Positions 15,558 to 24,960 of a stretch of 54,085 nt of DNA are shown one piece after another. The stretch is from an uncultured Clostridia bacterium (GTDB lineage: Bacteria > Bacillota > Clostridia > Oscillospirales > Acutalibacteraceae), in the NCBI GenBank assembly GCA_946627725.1, contig CAMOVW010000001.1, forward strand, positions 1 through 54,085, written 5' to 3'. The notes below the pieces were generated by a model. That model did not search any database. It saw nothing but the letters and a program-made list of their open reading frames with translations, and was not told where the DNA came from. Every line of letters begins with the position of its first letter. Positions within the stretch are counted from its first letter, which is position 1. The position numbers and the translations under genes are program-made.

Positions 15558-16352
15558 TTACTTTTTCTTAAACAGGCTTGTAACCTTGCTCACAACGCTC
15601 TTGATCTTGCTCACCGCCGAGCTGGTGGTGGTTGCTTTCTTGACGGTGCTCACCGCTTTGGCCGCTGTCGCCACCTTCTTCACGGCGGAAACGCCCGCCT
15701 TGACGGCGCTCGTCACGGCGCTGGCAAGGCTGGTCTTGCCGGTCAGCACGTTCTTGACGGTGGTCACGGCCTTTTTTACGCCATTGACAACCTTCGTCGC
15801 CACGTTCTTGATGCCGTCGGCGATCTTCTGAACGACGTTCGTGTTCTTCGTGGTCGTCGTAGAGGTTTTTTTCACGGAAACCTTTTTGCTCCCGCCGGAG
15901 CTGGAACCTCCTCCGCCACCCCCGCCGGAACTGGAGCCGCCGCCGGACGCGCCGTCGTTCTTGCTGCATTGCTTCATCGTCACCTGTACGTCAGCCTGCG
16001 TCCAGGTGCCCTTGTTTATCAGGCCGATTTCCTTCACCGTCGCGTCCGTCAGCATAAGCTGGCACGTCACCAGCTTTTTGTTGCCGACGTAGAAGTAATC
16101 CTTGCTCCCGGCTCGCGCCTCGGACACGAATTTGAGCGCTTCGCTTCGCACGTCGCACCCCAGGCGGGCGTTAAGGTGGATGGTAAAGCTCACTTCAACC
16201 GGCTTTCCCTTCTTCCGGGAAACGTATTTCTGGCTCCCGTCCTCCTTGTCCTCGGTTTCACTCGATCCCTTGATTTGCAGACCGGTAAAGCTCCGTATCA
16301 GGCTGCTGGACACTTCAAATTTATGCCCGTTCCATCTTCCGATCTCTGCCAT
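15558..16352 (-). CDS. tail protein with gpU/DNA-circulation-like N-domain, Gly/Ser linker and Lys/Val/Thr-rich tail
   Basis: The 130-aa N-domain resembles gpU-type tail proteins by position and pattern. A GGGSSSGGGGGGGSSSGG linker follows, then about 110 aa of low-complexity KVTSA repeats. Confidence 0.5.
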   Translation of the reverse strand: MAEIGRWNGHKFEVSSSLIRSFTGLQIKGSSETEDKEDGSQKYVSRKKGKPVEVSFTIHLNARLGCDVRSEALKFVSEARAGSKDYFYVGNKKLVTCQLMLTDATVKEIGLINKGTWTQADVQVTMKQCSKNDGASGGGSSSGGGGGGGSSSGGSKKVSVKKTSTTTTKNTNVVQKIADGIKNVATKVVNGVKKAVTTVKNVLTGKTSLASAVTSAVKAGVSAVKKVATAAKAVSTVKKATTTSSAVSKIKSVVSKVTSLFKKK

Positions 16353-16355
16353 GTG

Positions 16356-16592
16356 CTACGCCTCCTTCCACGGGGGCACGTCCGGCATTTTGGCCTCCTC
16401 GTCCTCGTCCTCCGGCATTTCGATCACCGGGAGCAGGAGCATTTCGCCGCCCGTGAATACCGGGATCGTGCAAAGGTGAGGGTTGGCGTTCAGAAGCTCG
16501 GCGGCGTATTTTTCATCGCCGTAAAGCAGCAGCGCCACGCTGTCGAAGGTTTCCCCGGCGCTGCAAGGGTAGCCCTTTCCGCTAAGCGTCAT
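16356..16592 (-). CDS. tail protein X-like (LysM-like, P2 gpX type)
   Basis: ATG 16592 overlaps the tape-measure stop as ATGA. GETFDSVALLLYGDEKYAAELLNANPHL fits the gpX pattern. Confidence 0.65.
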   Translation of the reverse strand: MTLSGKGYPCSAGETFDSVALLLYGDEKYAAELLNANPHLCTIPVFTGGEMLLLPVIEMPEDEDEEAKMPDVPPWKEA

Positions 16593-19500
16593 GAATACAC
16601 CTCCACTTGATCCCGCATCTTCTTTTCCTCGTACCATTTATCCAGCCGCTTCTTGTCCTCCTGGAGCACCTGATCGACGCCCGTTGCGTCCGCCGCGTGG
16701 ATGGTCGGGCTGTAAATGATCGTCGTCGGCTGGTTGTCCGGGTTGCTGTTCAGTCCGCCGAACCGGGCCAGGATGTCCGGCCAGGTGAAGCCGCTGGCCT
16801 CCCTCGCCGCGTTCAGCAGGGCCGCCGTCCGTTCGCTGTGTTCCTCCGGGATGGCCCATTCCGGCCCAGCCTCGCCGAATATGGAAGCGCTGGTCGCGCG
16901 TCCGCCCTCGGCAAACAACTTTCGTCCCGTGATGTTGACCGTGATCGTCCGCCCGTTATAGCTGCTGATGATGGCCGCCAGGGAGGAAGCGTTGCCCGTC
17001 ACATTCTCGGTCAGCACGCGCCCGTCCTGATCCGTGATGGTCATTGTGAGGTCGGTCGCGTCGCCGCTGACGTACTCCATCAGGGTTTGCCCGTCCGCGC
17101 CGTCGATGGTGGCCGTCAGCTCCGTTGCGTCTGCGCCAACGTCCACCGTTACACCCTGATCTTGCAGGCTGGTCATGGCGTCCTCGCCCTCAACCCTCGG
17201 CTGAATAGGCACCGCGATAGGCTCCATGTCTGGCATTTCGCCCTCCTGGAAATCCGGCTCAACAGGAACGGTGATCTTGTAGTCCTCTGCGTGTTGGCTG
17301 GCTTCTCCAAAGAGCAAATCCCAGGCCGCAAAATCATAATTATATGCGTTTCCTTTTTGCGCGAGGAAAGAACTGCTGTCCGCAAGAATCCGATCAAAGT
17401 CGTAATTCTGCATGAGCCGTTCAATAATGTTGTCGTATTCTCTTGCGGCGTTGCCTTTGAGGCTTGCCCCGCTAATCGCCCTTACGGTTCCTTCGTTGAC
17501 GCTTTGCCCGATAGCGTCAAAGTAACCTTGCAGGCTGCTTCCTTTGCCAAAGGCTGCGACAGTCGCCCTTGCAATGCTTACGTCGTAATCTTGGTTGCGC
17601 ATCCCCTCCATCATGGCAAGGTTTCTTTGATACTCACCATATTTCATGATGCCAGCGCCGGTGTTCTCATTGATCTGGCCGGTTGTTGTAAAATCGCTGC
17701 CGTTAAGGAACGATGTCAGCCAATCGTCTTTTATCTGTACTGTCGAAAAGCCATTGACAAGCTGCTCCATGGCCAGCGCGTTTCTCATGCGCTGCGCCAT
17801 TTCGCTATTGCCGATGCTTTCGTAGTAGTCGATCCTGTCCGCTACACCCTGCTCACCGCCCATGCTGGCAATCATATAGCCCATCATTCGGCCAAGATGT
17901 CCACGGTCTGTGTCGTTGCTTCCGCCCGTATCTGAATAGCGGGAGCCGCCCATGATGCCATAGATGGTATCAAGCGCCGTTTGCGCGTCAACCGTTCCGT
18001 TTAGGTACTGTTGCGCCCAGGTAGCAAGTTTGGCATAGTTTTCGCTCTGCCCGCTCTGCTGGATTTGACTGTCCCAAAGAGTAAACAGGAAATCGTCATA
18101 CGCGCTGTTTACGCGCATCTGCTCCTGCCGATGCAGGGCCTCGGCCCGCGCCAGGGTTTCGGCGTCCGCGCCTCGATACTGCGCCCGGAAATACTCGGTT
18201 TGGAATCGTTCTTCCTGATCTGCAAGAATCTGGTCGCGTTCGCTGGTCGCCGTTGTGGCAAGCGTCTGAATGTCCTCCAGGCTCGCGCCCTGGGCCTGTT
18301 TCAGCCACTTGCCCATTTTGATATAATCTTCTTCGCTCTGGGCCTCGGCTGCCGCGCGGGCAATGGCGTCATTGTAGGATCGCATATAGGACAGAATGTT
18401 TTGATATTCGTCGTTGCTGATCTGTCCGTCTGCAAAGGCGCTCGTCATGGCCGCTCGCAGGCCCTCGCTGATGCTGGATGCCTCGGCCAATGCGTCCTCG
18501 TATGCCTGGTTTGTCAGCTCGATAATCTGTGCGTAGGCCGGATCGTATTCCGCCGTGCCGTCGCCGCCGAAAAGCGTCTGCCAGTAGCTCATGCTGGCCG
18601 CCGTGCTTTGGGTGATGGCCTCCTGTACGGCGGTGTACATGTCGATACCGAGCTGTTGAAGCTGCTGTTTGTCCGCTTCCGTCAGCTTCGTGTTGGTAAG
18701 CATGTCCTGGAACAGGGTCGCGCTGAACGTGCTGCTGGCCGTCTGGTAGCTCGTAACCGCGTTATCAAGGGCGGTTTTGAAGCCGTCAACCTCTGTATAG
18801 GCGGCCTTGAAATCTTCGCCCAAGCTCTTGACGTAGCTCTGGATGCCCTGCGTGTCCAGCTCCATGTTGCCGAAGTTCTTTGCGAAATCCGCTTCTTCCA
18901 ACTGCTGGATGGCCGCCGCCGCCGCTGTTAGGGCGATAAGGCCCATTCCGATGCCGCCCGCAGGCGTCAGCAGATAGCCGATCATGCGGAAAGCGCCGCC
19001 CGCCAGCATCAGGCCGGGGCCAGCCGCCGCGATCACTTCAAGGCCCGTCACCAGCGCGGAAAGCTGTTCTTCGGGCAGTTCGGCAATCTTGTCCACCATA
19101 CTGCCGATAAATCCCGTTGCGGTTTCTACCTGGCCGGAAAGCTCCTCGCCGACGAGCTGCTTTAGGCGCTCCACCTTGCTTTCAAAGGTTTCAATCTTGC
19201 CGTCCAGCGTGTCCATCATGGTTTCTGCGGCATACTGGCCGTAGCCCTCGGCGTCGCCGCCGCGCATGGCTTCGTACAGGCCGTCGTAGCCCTCCGCCGC
19301 GCCTCGCAGCAGGGTCAATGCCTCGGTGATGGTTCTGGTCGGGAAGATGGCGGAAAGCACGCCCAGCGCATCGCCGTTGCGGTCTATGTTCTCATAGCCG
19401 CCCGCAATGTCGCCCAGGGCGACGTACAGCTCCCGGTAGATGTCCAGCACGTTCTTCATCTGGCCCTTTTGCGGCCCGTCCTGATAAAACGCGCTGAATC

Positions 19501-20302
19501 CGTGGGCTGCCAGCTCTGCGTTGGCTGCCGCCAGCGCCTCGTCGCCCAGGATGGACGCCGTTTCCGTGCTGGTCGCGCCGAGCTGCGCCATGGCCTTTCC
19601 GGCCTTGTCCGTCGGGGCAATCAGGCGCATCATGGAGTTGCGGATCATGGTGCCCGCTTCGCTGCCGACGGAACCGGCGTTCGCCGTCACGGCGATAAGC
19701 GTCATAAGCTCCTCGGTGTTGCCCGCAAAGCGCATCGTGCTGCCCATGCGCAGCATGGCGTCGCCAAATTCGCCGATGGTGCTTGCGCTGCTGTTCGCCG
19801 CGAAAGCCCACAGGTCGATAAAGTGGCCCATGTCCTCAAATCCGATGCCCGCCGCGTTGGTGCTCTTGACGATGTAGTTTACCGCCTCGGACAGGTCAAG
19901 CCCGCCCGCCTGGGCAAGCTGCATCGCCGCCGGGATGCCGCTCATGATCTGGTCGAAATCCCAGCCTGCATGTGCCGCCTCGGATATGGCGTTTGCTACG
20001 TCGTTTGTGTGGAAGATCGTCGTCGCGGCCCACTCCGTCGCCGCAACGTCAAGCTGGCTCATGACGGTGTTAAGCTGCTGTGTGCCCCGTCCGTAGGTGG
20101 TGGAAAGGGCCACCTGGGCGTCCGCCATGCTCTTTTCGTATTCACGATAGACGTTTACGCTGTCCTTGCCGAAGTTGATAAGCTGCTGGCTGACGCCGTT
20201 TACCATGCTTCCGAGTTCGGTCAACGTCGCGCCTACCTGGGAAAAACCGTTACCTACTCGCGCGTTTATCGCAATAACGGTTTCAAGCGTTTGGCTCGCC
20301 AC
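16589..20302 (-). CDS. tail tape measure protein
   Basis: 1237 aa, Ala/Gly-rich and helical. Sits in the tail module. Confidence 0.9.
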   Translation of the reverse strand: MASQTLETVIAINARVGNGFSQVGATLTELGSMVNGVSQQLINFGKDSVNVYREYEKSMADAQVALSTTYGRGTQQLNTVMSQLDVAATEWAATTIFHTNDVANAISEAAHAGWDFDQIMSGIPAAMQLAQAGGLDLSEAVNYIVKSTNAAGIGFEDMGHFIDLWAFAANSSASTIGEFGDAMLRMGSTMRFAGNTEELMTLIAVTANAGSVGSEAGTMIRNSMMRLIAPTDKAGKAMAQLGATSTETASILGDEALAAANAELAAHGFSAFYQDGPQKGQMKNVLDIYRELYVALGDIAGGYENIDRNGDALGVLSAIFPTRTITEALTLLRGAAEGYDGLYEAMRGGDAEGYGQYAAETMMDTLDGKIETFESKVERLKQLVGEELSGQVETATGFIGSMVDKIAELPEEQLSALVTGLEVIAAAGPGLMLAGGAFRMIGYLLTPAGGIGMGLIALTAAAAAIQQLEEADFAKNFGNMELDTQGIQSYVKSLGEDFKAAYTEVDGFKTALDNAVTSYQTASSTFSATLFQDMLTNTKLTEADKQQLQQLGIDMYTAVQEAITQSTAASMSYWQTLFGGDGTAEYDPAYAQIIELTNQAYEDALAEASSISEGLRAAMTSAFADGQISNDEYQNILSYMRSYNDAIARAAAEAQSEEDYIKMGKWLKQAQGASLEDIQTLATTATSERDQILADQEERFQTEYFRAQYRGADAETLARAEALHRQEQMRVNSAYDDFLFTLWDSQIQQSGQSENYAKLATWAQQYLNGTVDAQTALDTIYGIMGGSRYSDTGGSNDTDRGHLGRMMGYMIASMGGEQGVADRIDYYESIGNSEMAQRMRNALAMEQLVNGFSTVQIKDDWLTSFLNGSDFTTTGQINENTGAGIMKYGEYQRNLAMMEGMRNQDYDVSIARATVAAFGKGSSLQGYFDAIGQSVNEGTVRAISGASLKGNAAREYDNIIERLMQNYDFDRILADSSSFLAQKGNAYNYDFAAWDLLFGEASQHAEDYKITVPVEPDFQEGEMPDMEPIAVPIQPRVEGEDAMTSLQDQGVTVDVGADATELTATIDGADGQTLMEYVSGDATDLTMTITDQDGRVLTENVTGNASSLAAIISSYNGRTITVNITGRKLFAEGGRATSASIFGEAGPEWAIPEEHSERTAALLNAAREASGFTWPDILARFGGLNSNPDNQPTTIIYSPTIHAADATGVDQVLQEDKKRLDKWYEEKKMRDQVEVYS

Positions 20303-20328
20303 AATCTCACCGCCCTTTTATCCTGCGG

Positions 20329-20529
20329 TCATTCCCCGCAGAGTATTTTTCCCGTGCCATCCGGGAACAGAAAGAAATACACCATGTCGCCCTTGGCGTA
20401 GGTGCTGCTGTCTATGGGTTTGATCGGGGGCGTTTCGATGCCGTCCCGGTCATAGGAGGCCACATAATAGGCCCCGTCCGCCGCCACATCCAGAATGTAG
20501 CCGCGCTCTATGCTCACGCCTTTGTCCAT
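20329..20529 (-). CDS. small OB-fold-like spike/gpV-like protein
   Basis: ATG 20529 behind GGAGGCGGAG. 66 aa: ERGYILDVAADGAYYVASYDRDG…GDMVYFFLFPDGTGKIL. Confidence 0.45.
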   Translation of the reverse strand: MDKGVSIERGYILDVAADGAYYVASYDRDGIETPPIKPIDSSTYAKGDMVYFFLFPDGTGKILCGE

Positions 20530-20542
20530 GCTCCGCCTCCTG

Positions 20543-21457
20543 CTATTGGATGGTGTAGATACACCTGTACAGCTTCGCCCTGGATTTTCGGTTGTAAAAG
20601 TCGTGCTCTGCTTCCTCAATGATCCAGTCCCCGGTTGCGTCCGTGCCGCCCACGATGTCGATGCGCGTCATGGAGGAAAAGCCGGGGTTAAATTCGCTCT
20701 CGATGGTCAGCGTTTCCGCCTGCCGGTTGTGGTGCATCAGCACACCCCGCGCCCATCGTCCAGCCTGGATGTCGTTTCTGGCCGGTAGATTGATCGTGAT
20801 TTGCTGGTGCGTGCTCGCCACAAGCAAGTCCTCCGCCGTCGCCTTGGCAAACGGCGTCTTGACGGTCACGCTCTTGTAGGTCGCTCCGCCTCGCCGGTAT
20901 TCCGTCCCTGCCTGCTTCGCGCCTATTTCAATGGTCTGGTATGCGGGCCGCGTCTGCGCGTAGGAAATTCCGATGGCGGTATAGCGCCCGTTTACGCATT
21001 TCAGCGCCGCGCCCTCAAATTTCAGCAGCCTGTAAAGGAGCGCCGCCGCGCTCTCGTTCTCCTGCTGGATGTATGGGATCACCGCCTGCCCGTCGATGCC
21101 GAAGATGGCAAAATCCATCCCCGACGCCATGCCGCAGGCCCGCATGATCTCCTCGATGGTCTTTCCCGTGAAGCTCCTGTATTGCTTCTTTCGGGCCGCG
21201 CAGGGAAGCGCCGTCGCCAGGATGCGGAAATGCCCGTCCTCCGGCAGCACCGTATTCAGATACATAATTCCCGTATCATACCCGTTGTGGGAAACAATGA
21301 TCTGGTCGTCCTCCTCCGGCCCCCAGTTGTACCATCCGGCGGCGTTGTCAAATTCGATTTCCAGGCTGTCGCAGCGCCCGCCGCTGGTGTCCCGCGCGAT
21401 GCACTTCCGAACCTGTACCATGCCCGTGATGTCCGCGCCCTGGTAGTAAATCTCCAC
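20543..21457 (-). CDS. baseplate hub protein, late-control gpD-like
   Basis: GADITGMV…DSLEIEFDNAAGW, KTIEEIMRACG and IQQENESAAALLYRLLKFEG parallel P2 gpD. GTG 21457 behind GGGAGG. Confidence 0.7.
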   Translation of the reverse strand: MEIYYQGADITGMVQVRKCIARDTSGGRCDSLEIEFDNAAGWYNWGPEEDDQIIVSHNGYDTGIMYLNTVLPEDGHFRILATALPCAARKKQYRSFTGKTIEEIMRACGMASGMDFAIFGIDGQAVIPYIQQENESAAALLYRLLKFEGAALKCVNGRYTAIGISYAQTRPAYQTIEIGAKQAGTEYRRGGATYKSVTVKTPFAKATAEDLLVASTHQQITINLPARNDIQAGRWARGVLMHHNRQAETLTIESEFNPGFSSMTRIDIVGGTDATGDWIIEEAEHDFYNRKSRAKLYRCIYTIQ

Positions 21458-21509
21458 GCTGCCGCCTCCCTTCTGCAAAGAAAGGGCGGCGAGGATGCCC
21501 CGCCGCCGC

Positions 21510-21685
21510 TTAATGATTGTTCTTGCGCTTGTCCAGCACGTCGCACACCGCGACGAGCACCCGGTAAAAGCGCCGTATTTCCATCTGCATCAGATCTACA
21601 ATCGACGTGTGCGTTACCATCCCGGCAAGGATCACCTTTTCGAGATACGCAGACGGCCCGCCCGCGTCGATGCGTTGAAAAAAAG
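21510..21685 (-). CDS. -1 frameshift extension of the tail assembly chaperone (gpE'/GT-like)
   Basis: Zero-frame CTT TTT TTC (T7 run at 21678-21684) gives the slippery heptamer T TTT TTC. The -1 frame stays open for 55 codons (QRIDAGGPSAYLEKVILAGMVTHTSIVDLMQMEIRRFYRVLVAVCDVLDKRKNNH) to TAA 21510-21512. Confidence 0.6.
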
Positions 21686-22180
21686 GGTTGCAAGCTGCAC
21701 GCCCTCCACCGCGTCGGTCACGCCGATTTGCGATACGATGTCCTGCATATCCAGCCGGTCAGTCTGCTTCGCCGCCGCCTTGGCGAACAGGGAAAGCGCC
21801 TGTCGGTAGGTAATGCGGTAATTGCCCGTCGCGTTTGGATCGCTGTCCATCGCGTCGGTATATTCCATGCCGTTGAGGGCCGTAAAGTCGTAGATCAATT
21901 CGGTGATTTCCTCGTCACCGCTCTTGATGGGGGTTTCCAGCGTCAGCCTGCCCTTGCCCTGGCTCATGGCAACCTGGGCTTCTTCCGTCCTGCGCCGTAC
22001 CTCCTCCATCTTTTCCTTCATGATTTTTTGCAGCTCCTCCCGCGTGGGCTGGGGCTGTTCCGTCGCCTGCTCCGTGGGGTTCTTCGCCGTCTGCTCCGCC
22101 GGGGCCTCCTGGGGCTTCTCCGCCGGGGTGGCTGCCGCCTGCATCGGCGTCAAATGCTTCTCGTTTTCCATATTGGACAA
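21632..22180 (-). CDS. tail assembly chaperone (gpE / XkdN-like)
   Basis: Lies between the tube gene and the rest of the tail module. 182 aa, ends just after a slippery run. Confidence 0.7.
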   Translation of the reverse strand: MSNMENEKHLTPMQAAATPAEKPQEAPAEQTAKNPTEQATEQPQPTREELQKIMKEKMEEVRRRTEEAQVAMSQGKGRLTLETPIKSGDEEITELIYDFTALNGMEYTDAMDSDPNATGNYRITYRQALSLFAKAAAKQTDRLDMQDIVSQIGVTDAVEGVQLATLFFNASTRAGRLRISKR

Positions 22181-22201
22181 TTCCTTTCTGAAAAATCAGG
22201 C

Positions 22202-22240
22202 GGGGAAAAGCGAAAAGCGCGAGCGCTCGCGCTTTTCCCC
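22202..22240 (-). terminator. strong hairpin between tube and chaperone genes (attenuator/terminator candidate)
   Basis: GGGGAAAAGCG(AAAAG)CGCGAGC/GCTCGCGCTTTTCCCC. On the minus strand it is followed by GCCTGATTTTT. Confidence 0.5.
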
Positions 22241-22262
22241 GTCTGTCGTGTTGGCTTCCTGC

Positions 22263-22778
22263 TTATTTCAGCAGATTGTCAACGGTGCTGGTGCAATCCT
22301 TACCGTTGAACTTGATAAGGCCCGCCATCGCGTCGGCGATGATCGTCACCTTGCCGTTGACTTCCTCCTCATAGCGGAGCACGGAGTATTTCTCGGTGCT
22401 TCCGTAGGGGTTGCCGGTTTCCACGTCGCCCTTCTGGGTTTCGACGTGTACACAGGTGATGCGGAACTTCACGCTCTCATGGGCGATTTCGCCCTTGGGC
22501 ACGTCATAGCGCTGGCGCGCCGTGCGGGCCTCGATGAAGTGCTTGCCGGGTTCCGCGAGGTACTGGCAGTTGACGCCGTTGTTGTGGTAGATGGTGAAGT
22601 CCATCGCGTTCAGATGGGTCACATCCGGCATATCCACGTCCATAGCCATTCCGGCGCTCTTGACGGTGGTCGTGGGGTGCTGGATCGTGGGCAGGCCGAA
22701 CTTGGTCACGTCCTCGATCTCGCGCTTATTGTCCAGGATGCGGTGCTTCTCGATGTTGCAATAAACCTTCTGCGGCAT
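22263..22778 (-). CDS. major tail tube protein (P2 FII-like)
   Basis: 171 aa directly after the sheath gene. The pattern resembles FII. Confidence 0.8.
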   Translation of the reverse strand: MPQKVYCNIEKHRILDNKREIEDVTKFGLPTIQHPTTTVKSAGMAMDVDMPDVTHLNAMDFTIYHNNGVNCQYLAEPGKHFIEARTARQRYDVPKGEIAHESVKFRITCVHVETQKGDVETGNPYGSTEKYSVLRYEEEVNGKVTIIADAMAGLIKFNGKDCTSTVDNLLK

Positions 22779-22797
22779 TGTTCAGTCCCTCCTTTCC

Positions 22798-24282
22798 TTA
22801 GTCGCCCATGCTCTCAAAGTAGGTGACAAAGCCCTCGTCAGTCCAGTTGACGATAGCCGTCAGGCTCTTTGCGAGCGGGGTCGTGGTGATGTCGAACAGG
22901 AAGGAGTAGTCGCCGTTCATGATGTCGCTGCGAGCCTGCGCGTCCGCGTTCAGCGTCACGACGCCACGGGTCAGCGCGCCGATGTTCAGCAGCGCGTCAA
23001 CGCGGGTCTGCTCCTCGGCGATGATGGTCTGAAGATCATTCGCCGTCATGGGCTTGTCAACGTCGGGCGTCCGGCGATGCTGGAAATCATTGCTGATGTA
23101 GTACAGCATCATGCGGTTAGTTTCCGCGACGTTGATCTGGTCGCCGTTGTCCTGGTCGTAGTCGGCGCTGTGGCAGCCCCAGATGGCCCAGCGTCCGCCC
23201 ACATACGCGGCGGAAGCGATGCCGTTCTTGTTCAGCTTCTCGTTGATAATGCTGTCGTCATAGACGCGCCCGGTGTTGGAAGCGCCCAGATACAGGTTTT
23301 CGATGAGGGAACAATCGGTATTGCTCGCGGTCTTGTAGGGGATGCCGTCCTGGGCAAGCAGCAGCTCCTGGAAGTTGGCGGCGGCCAGCACGGACAGATG
23401 GTAAATCTTGCCGTCGGTGCCCTGCGCCAGCGGGAAGAATACCGTTTCGTTCTCCTTGGTGTAGCCGTTGCCGTTCTTGTAGGTCTTGGCCGTGTCCAGG
23501 GTCAGCGGGGTTTCGCCGTTCACGATGGGCAGATCGACGAACATGTACACGTCCCAATGCCCGTTGACCTTCACGCTGTTCTGATACATCGCCGCATGGA
23601 CAGCGGGAACAGAGGAGAAGCCGGGGGCCGCCAGATAGGCGGGGATGTAGCCGGTGAGCTGGTACACGTTCTTGATGGCGAAGATGCCCGTGTTGAGGCC
23701 CAGCCCGTCGGACGCACCGATCACGTCCGCCATGGTGACGGCGCTCGCGTCGATGGTGTTGTAGGTGATGGTCAGGGCAGAAGTCCCCAGCGCCCCGGCG
23801 GTCAGCTCGGAAATGGTGATGGTTTTCTTCTCGACGTTGTACGCAATCGCGTAATCGGTGCCCTTGATCTTGGCGGTGTTGCCGCTCTTGACAACCACGC
23901 TGTCCAGAATGATGTCCTGGGCGGCGGGGATGGTGACGCGGCCATTTTCCGGGGTCTTGCTCACGTTGCCCGCCTCGCTGGCCTTGTGGGTCGCGGGATT
24001 CAGCACGTTGATGAAAACCAGGGGGCCGACGCCCTTGTTTTCCAGATGGACGTGCATCGCCTCGCAGAGCGTGTACTTGTCCCACTCGTCAGAGTAGCCG
24101 AAATACTTCCGCGCCTCGGCGATGTTGTTCACGACGATAGGCTTGTTGACGTTGTTCGCGCCACCCTCCACGTTATGCACGGGGGCCGTGCCAACGTAAA
24201 CGATAGCGCCCTGGCTTTCGTCCGCCACGCGGGAACCGACAGCCTGGATAACGCCATACGCGCCATGCTTGTAATCAGCCAT
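22798..24282 (-). CDS. contractile tail sheath protein
   Basis: 494 aa. N-terminus MADYKHGAYGV…VYVGTAP is typical of sheath proteins. Confidence 0.9.
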   Translation of the reverse strand: MADYKHGAYGVIQAVGSRVADESQGAIVYVGTAPVHNVEGGANNVNKPIVVNNIAEARKYFGYSDEWDKYTLCEAMHVHLENKGVGPLVFINVLNPATHKASEAGNVSKTPENGRVTIPAAQDIILDSVVVKSGNTAKIKGTDYAIAYNVEKKTITISELTAGALGTSALTITYNTIDASAVTMADVIGASDGLGLNTGIFAIKNVYQLTGYIPAYLAAPGFSSVPAVHAAMYQNSVKVNGHWDVYMFVDLPIVNGETPLTLDTAKTYKNGNGYTKENETVFFPLAQGTDGKIYHLSVLAAANFQELLLAQDGIPYKTASNTDCSLIENLYLGASNTGRVYDDSIINEKLNKNGIASAAYVGGRWAIWGCHSADYDQDNGDQINVAETNRMMLYYISNDFQHRRTPDVDKPMTANDLQTIIAEEQTRVDALLNIGALTRGVVTLNADAQARSDIMNGDYSFLFDITTTPLAKSLTAIVNWTDEGFVTYFESMGD

Positions 24283-24301
24283 GGGTTAATTCCTCCTTCA
24301 C

Positions 24302-24958
24302 TTACAAAAGTTTTTCAATGTCCGGGTTGTAGCCCTCGTTGACATGGCAGCCAAAGACGACGTTCACAAACCCGTAATAGATGGGCCGCCTGTCCACGAC
24401 GTAGCTTTGATCCGTGTACAGGCTGTACGTTACGGTGTCCTCCTGCACGAAAAGGTCTGTTTTCGGGATCATCTTCTGTCCCAGCAGCTTTTCCATACAG
24501 TCGTCCATCCAGTTCATCAGCGTAAAAAGGCCCTGCTCCGTACCCTCCAGAATGAGGGACGTATCAAGGCCAGCGCCCTTTTCGCCCACGCTGTCCACGA
24601 AACCAGGAAGCCGGACGCCGGGTTCATATACGCTGAAAAGGATGCTGACGGCAAGGTGCTGGCCCATTTCCTGCGGTCTGTGCACGTTGTTGTAGCGGTC
24701 AAACCGCTTTTCCTCCATGTACTTCGCGTAGGTCTGGTTGGGCATAATCAGGATGCCGGGAACGGTGGAAAGCGGAATCTCTTTCAGATTGCCCGCCTTG
24801 TCCACCCGCGCCGGTGCCCATGCAAGGTACACGGGCGGCTCCTGCCGGTTGATGGTGCCAATGTCCATGTTCTCGGCGGGGGCTTTCATCATGCGGCCCT
24901 TGCACAGCTCCTTGTACGTCCATTTTTTAAGGCCGGTAAGCCTTTCAGAAAACCGCAT
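24302..24958 (-). CDS. neck/tail-completion protein (unassigned)
   Basis: 218 aa between the head and tail modules. Confidence 0.55.
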   Translation of the reverse strand: MRFSERLTGLKKWTYKELCKGRMMKAPAENMDIGTINRQEPPVYLAWAPARVDKAGNLKEIPLSTVPGILIMPNQTYAKYMEEKRFDRYNNVHRPQEMGQHLAVSILFSVYEPGVRLPGFVDSVGEKGAGLDTSLILEGTEQGLFTLMNWMDDCMEKLLGQKMIPKTDLFVQEDTVTYSLYTDQSYVVDRRPIYYGFVNVVFGCHVNEGYNPDIEKLL

Positions 24959-24960
24959 TG

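Noticed and set aside
16607-20401. Several 300-440-aa plus-strand ORFs opposite the tape measure gene
   Set aside because: These are antisense frames of a 1237-aa Ala/Gly-rich gene, with biased Arg/Gly/His composition.
21256-21693. 145-aa ORF overlapping the chaperone 3' end as the frameshift product
   Set aside because: It is the +1 frame, is Arg-rich and runs into the next gene. The -1 frame gives a compositionally normal 55-aa extension from a canonical slippery heptamer.
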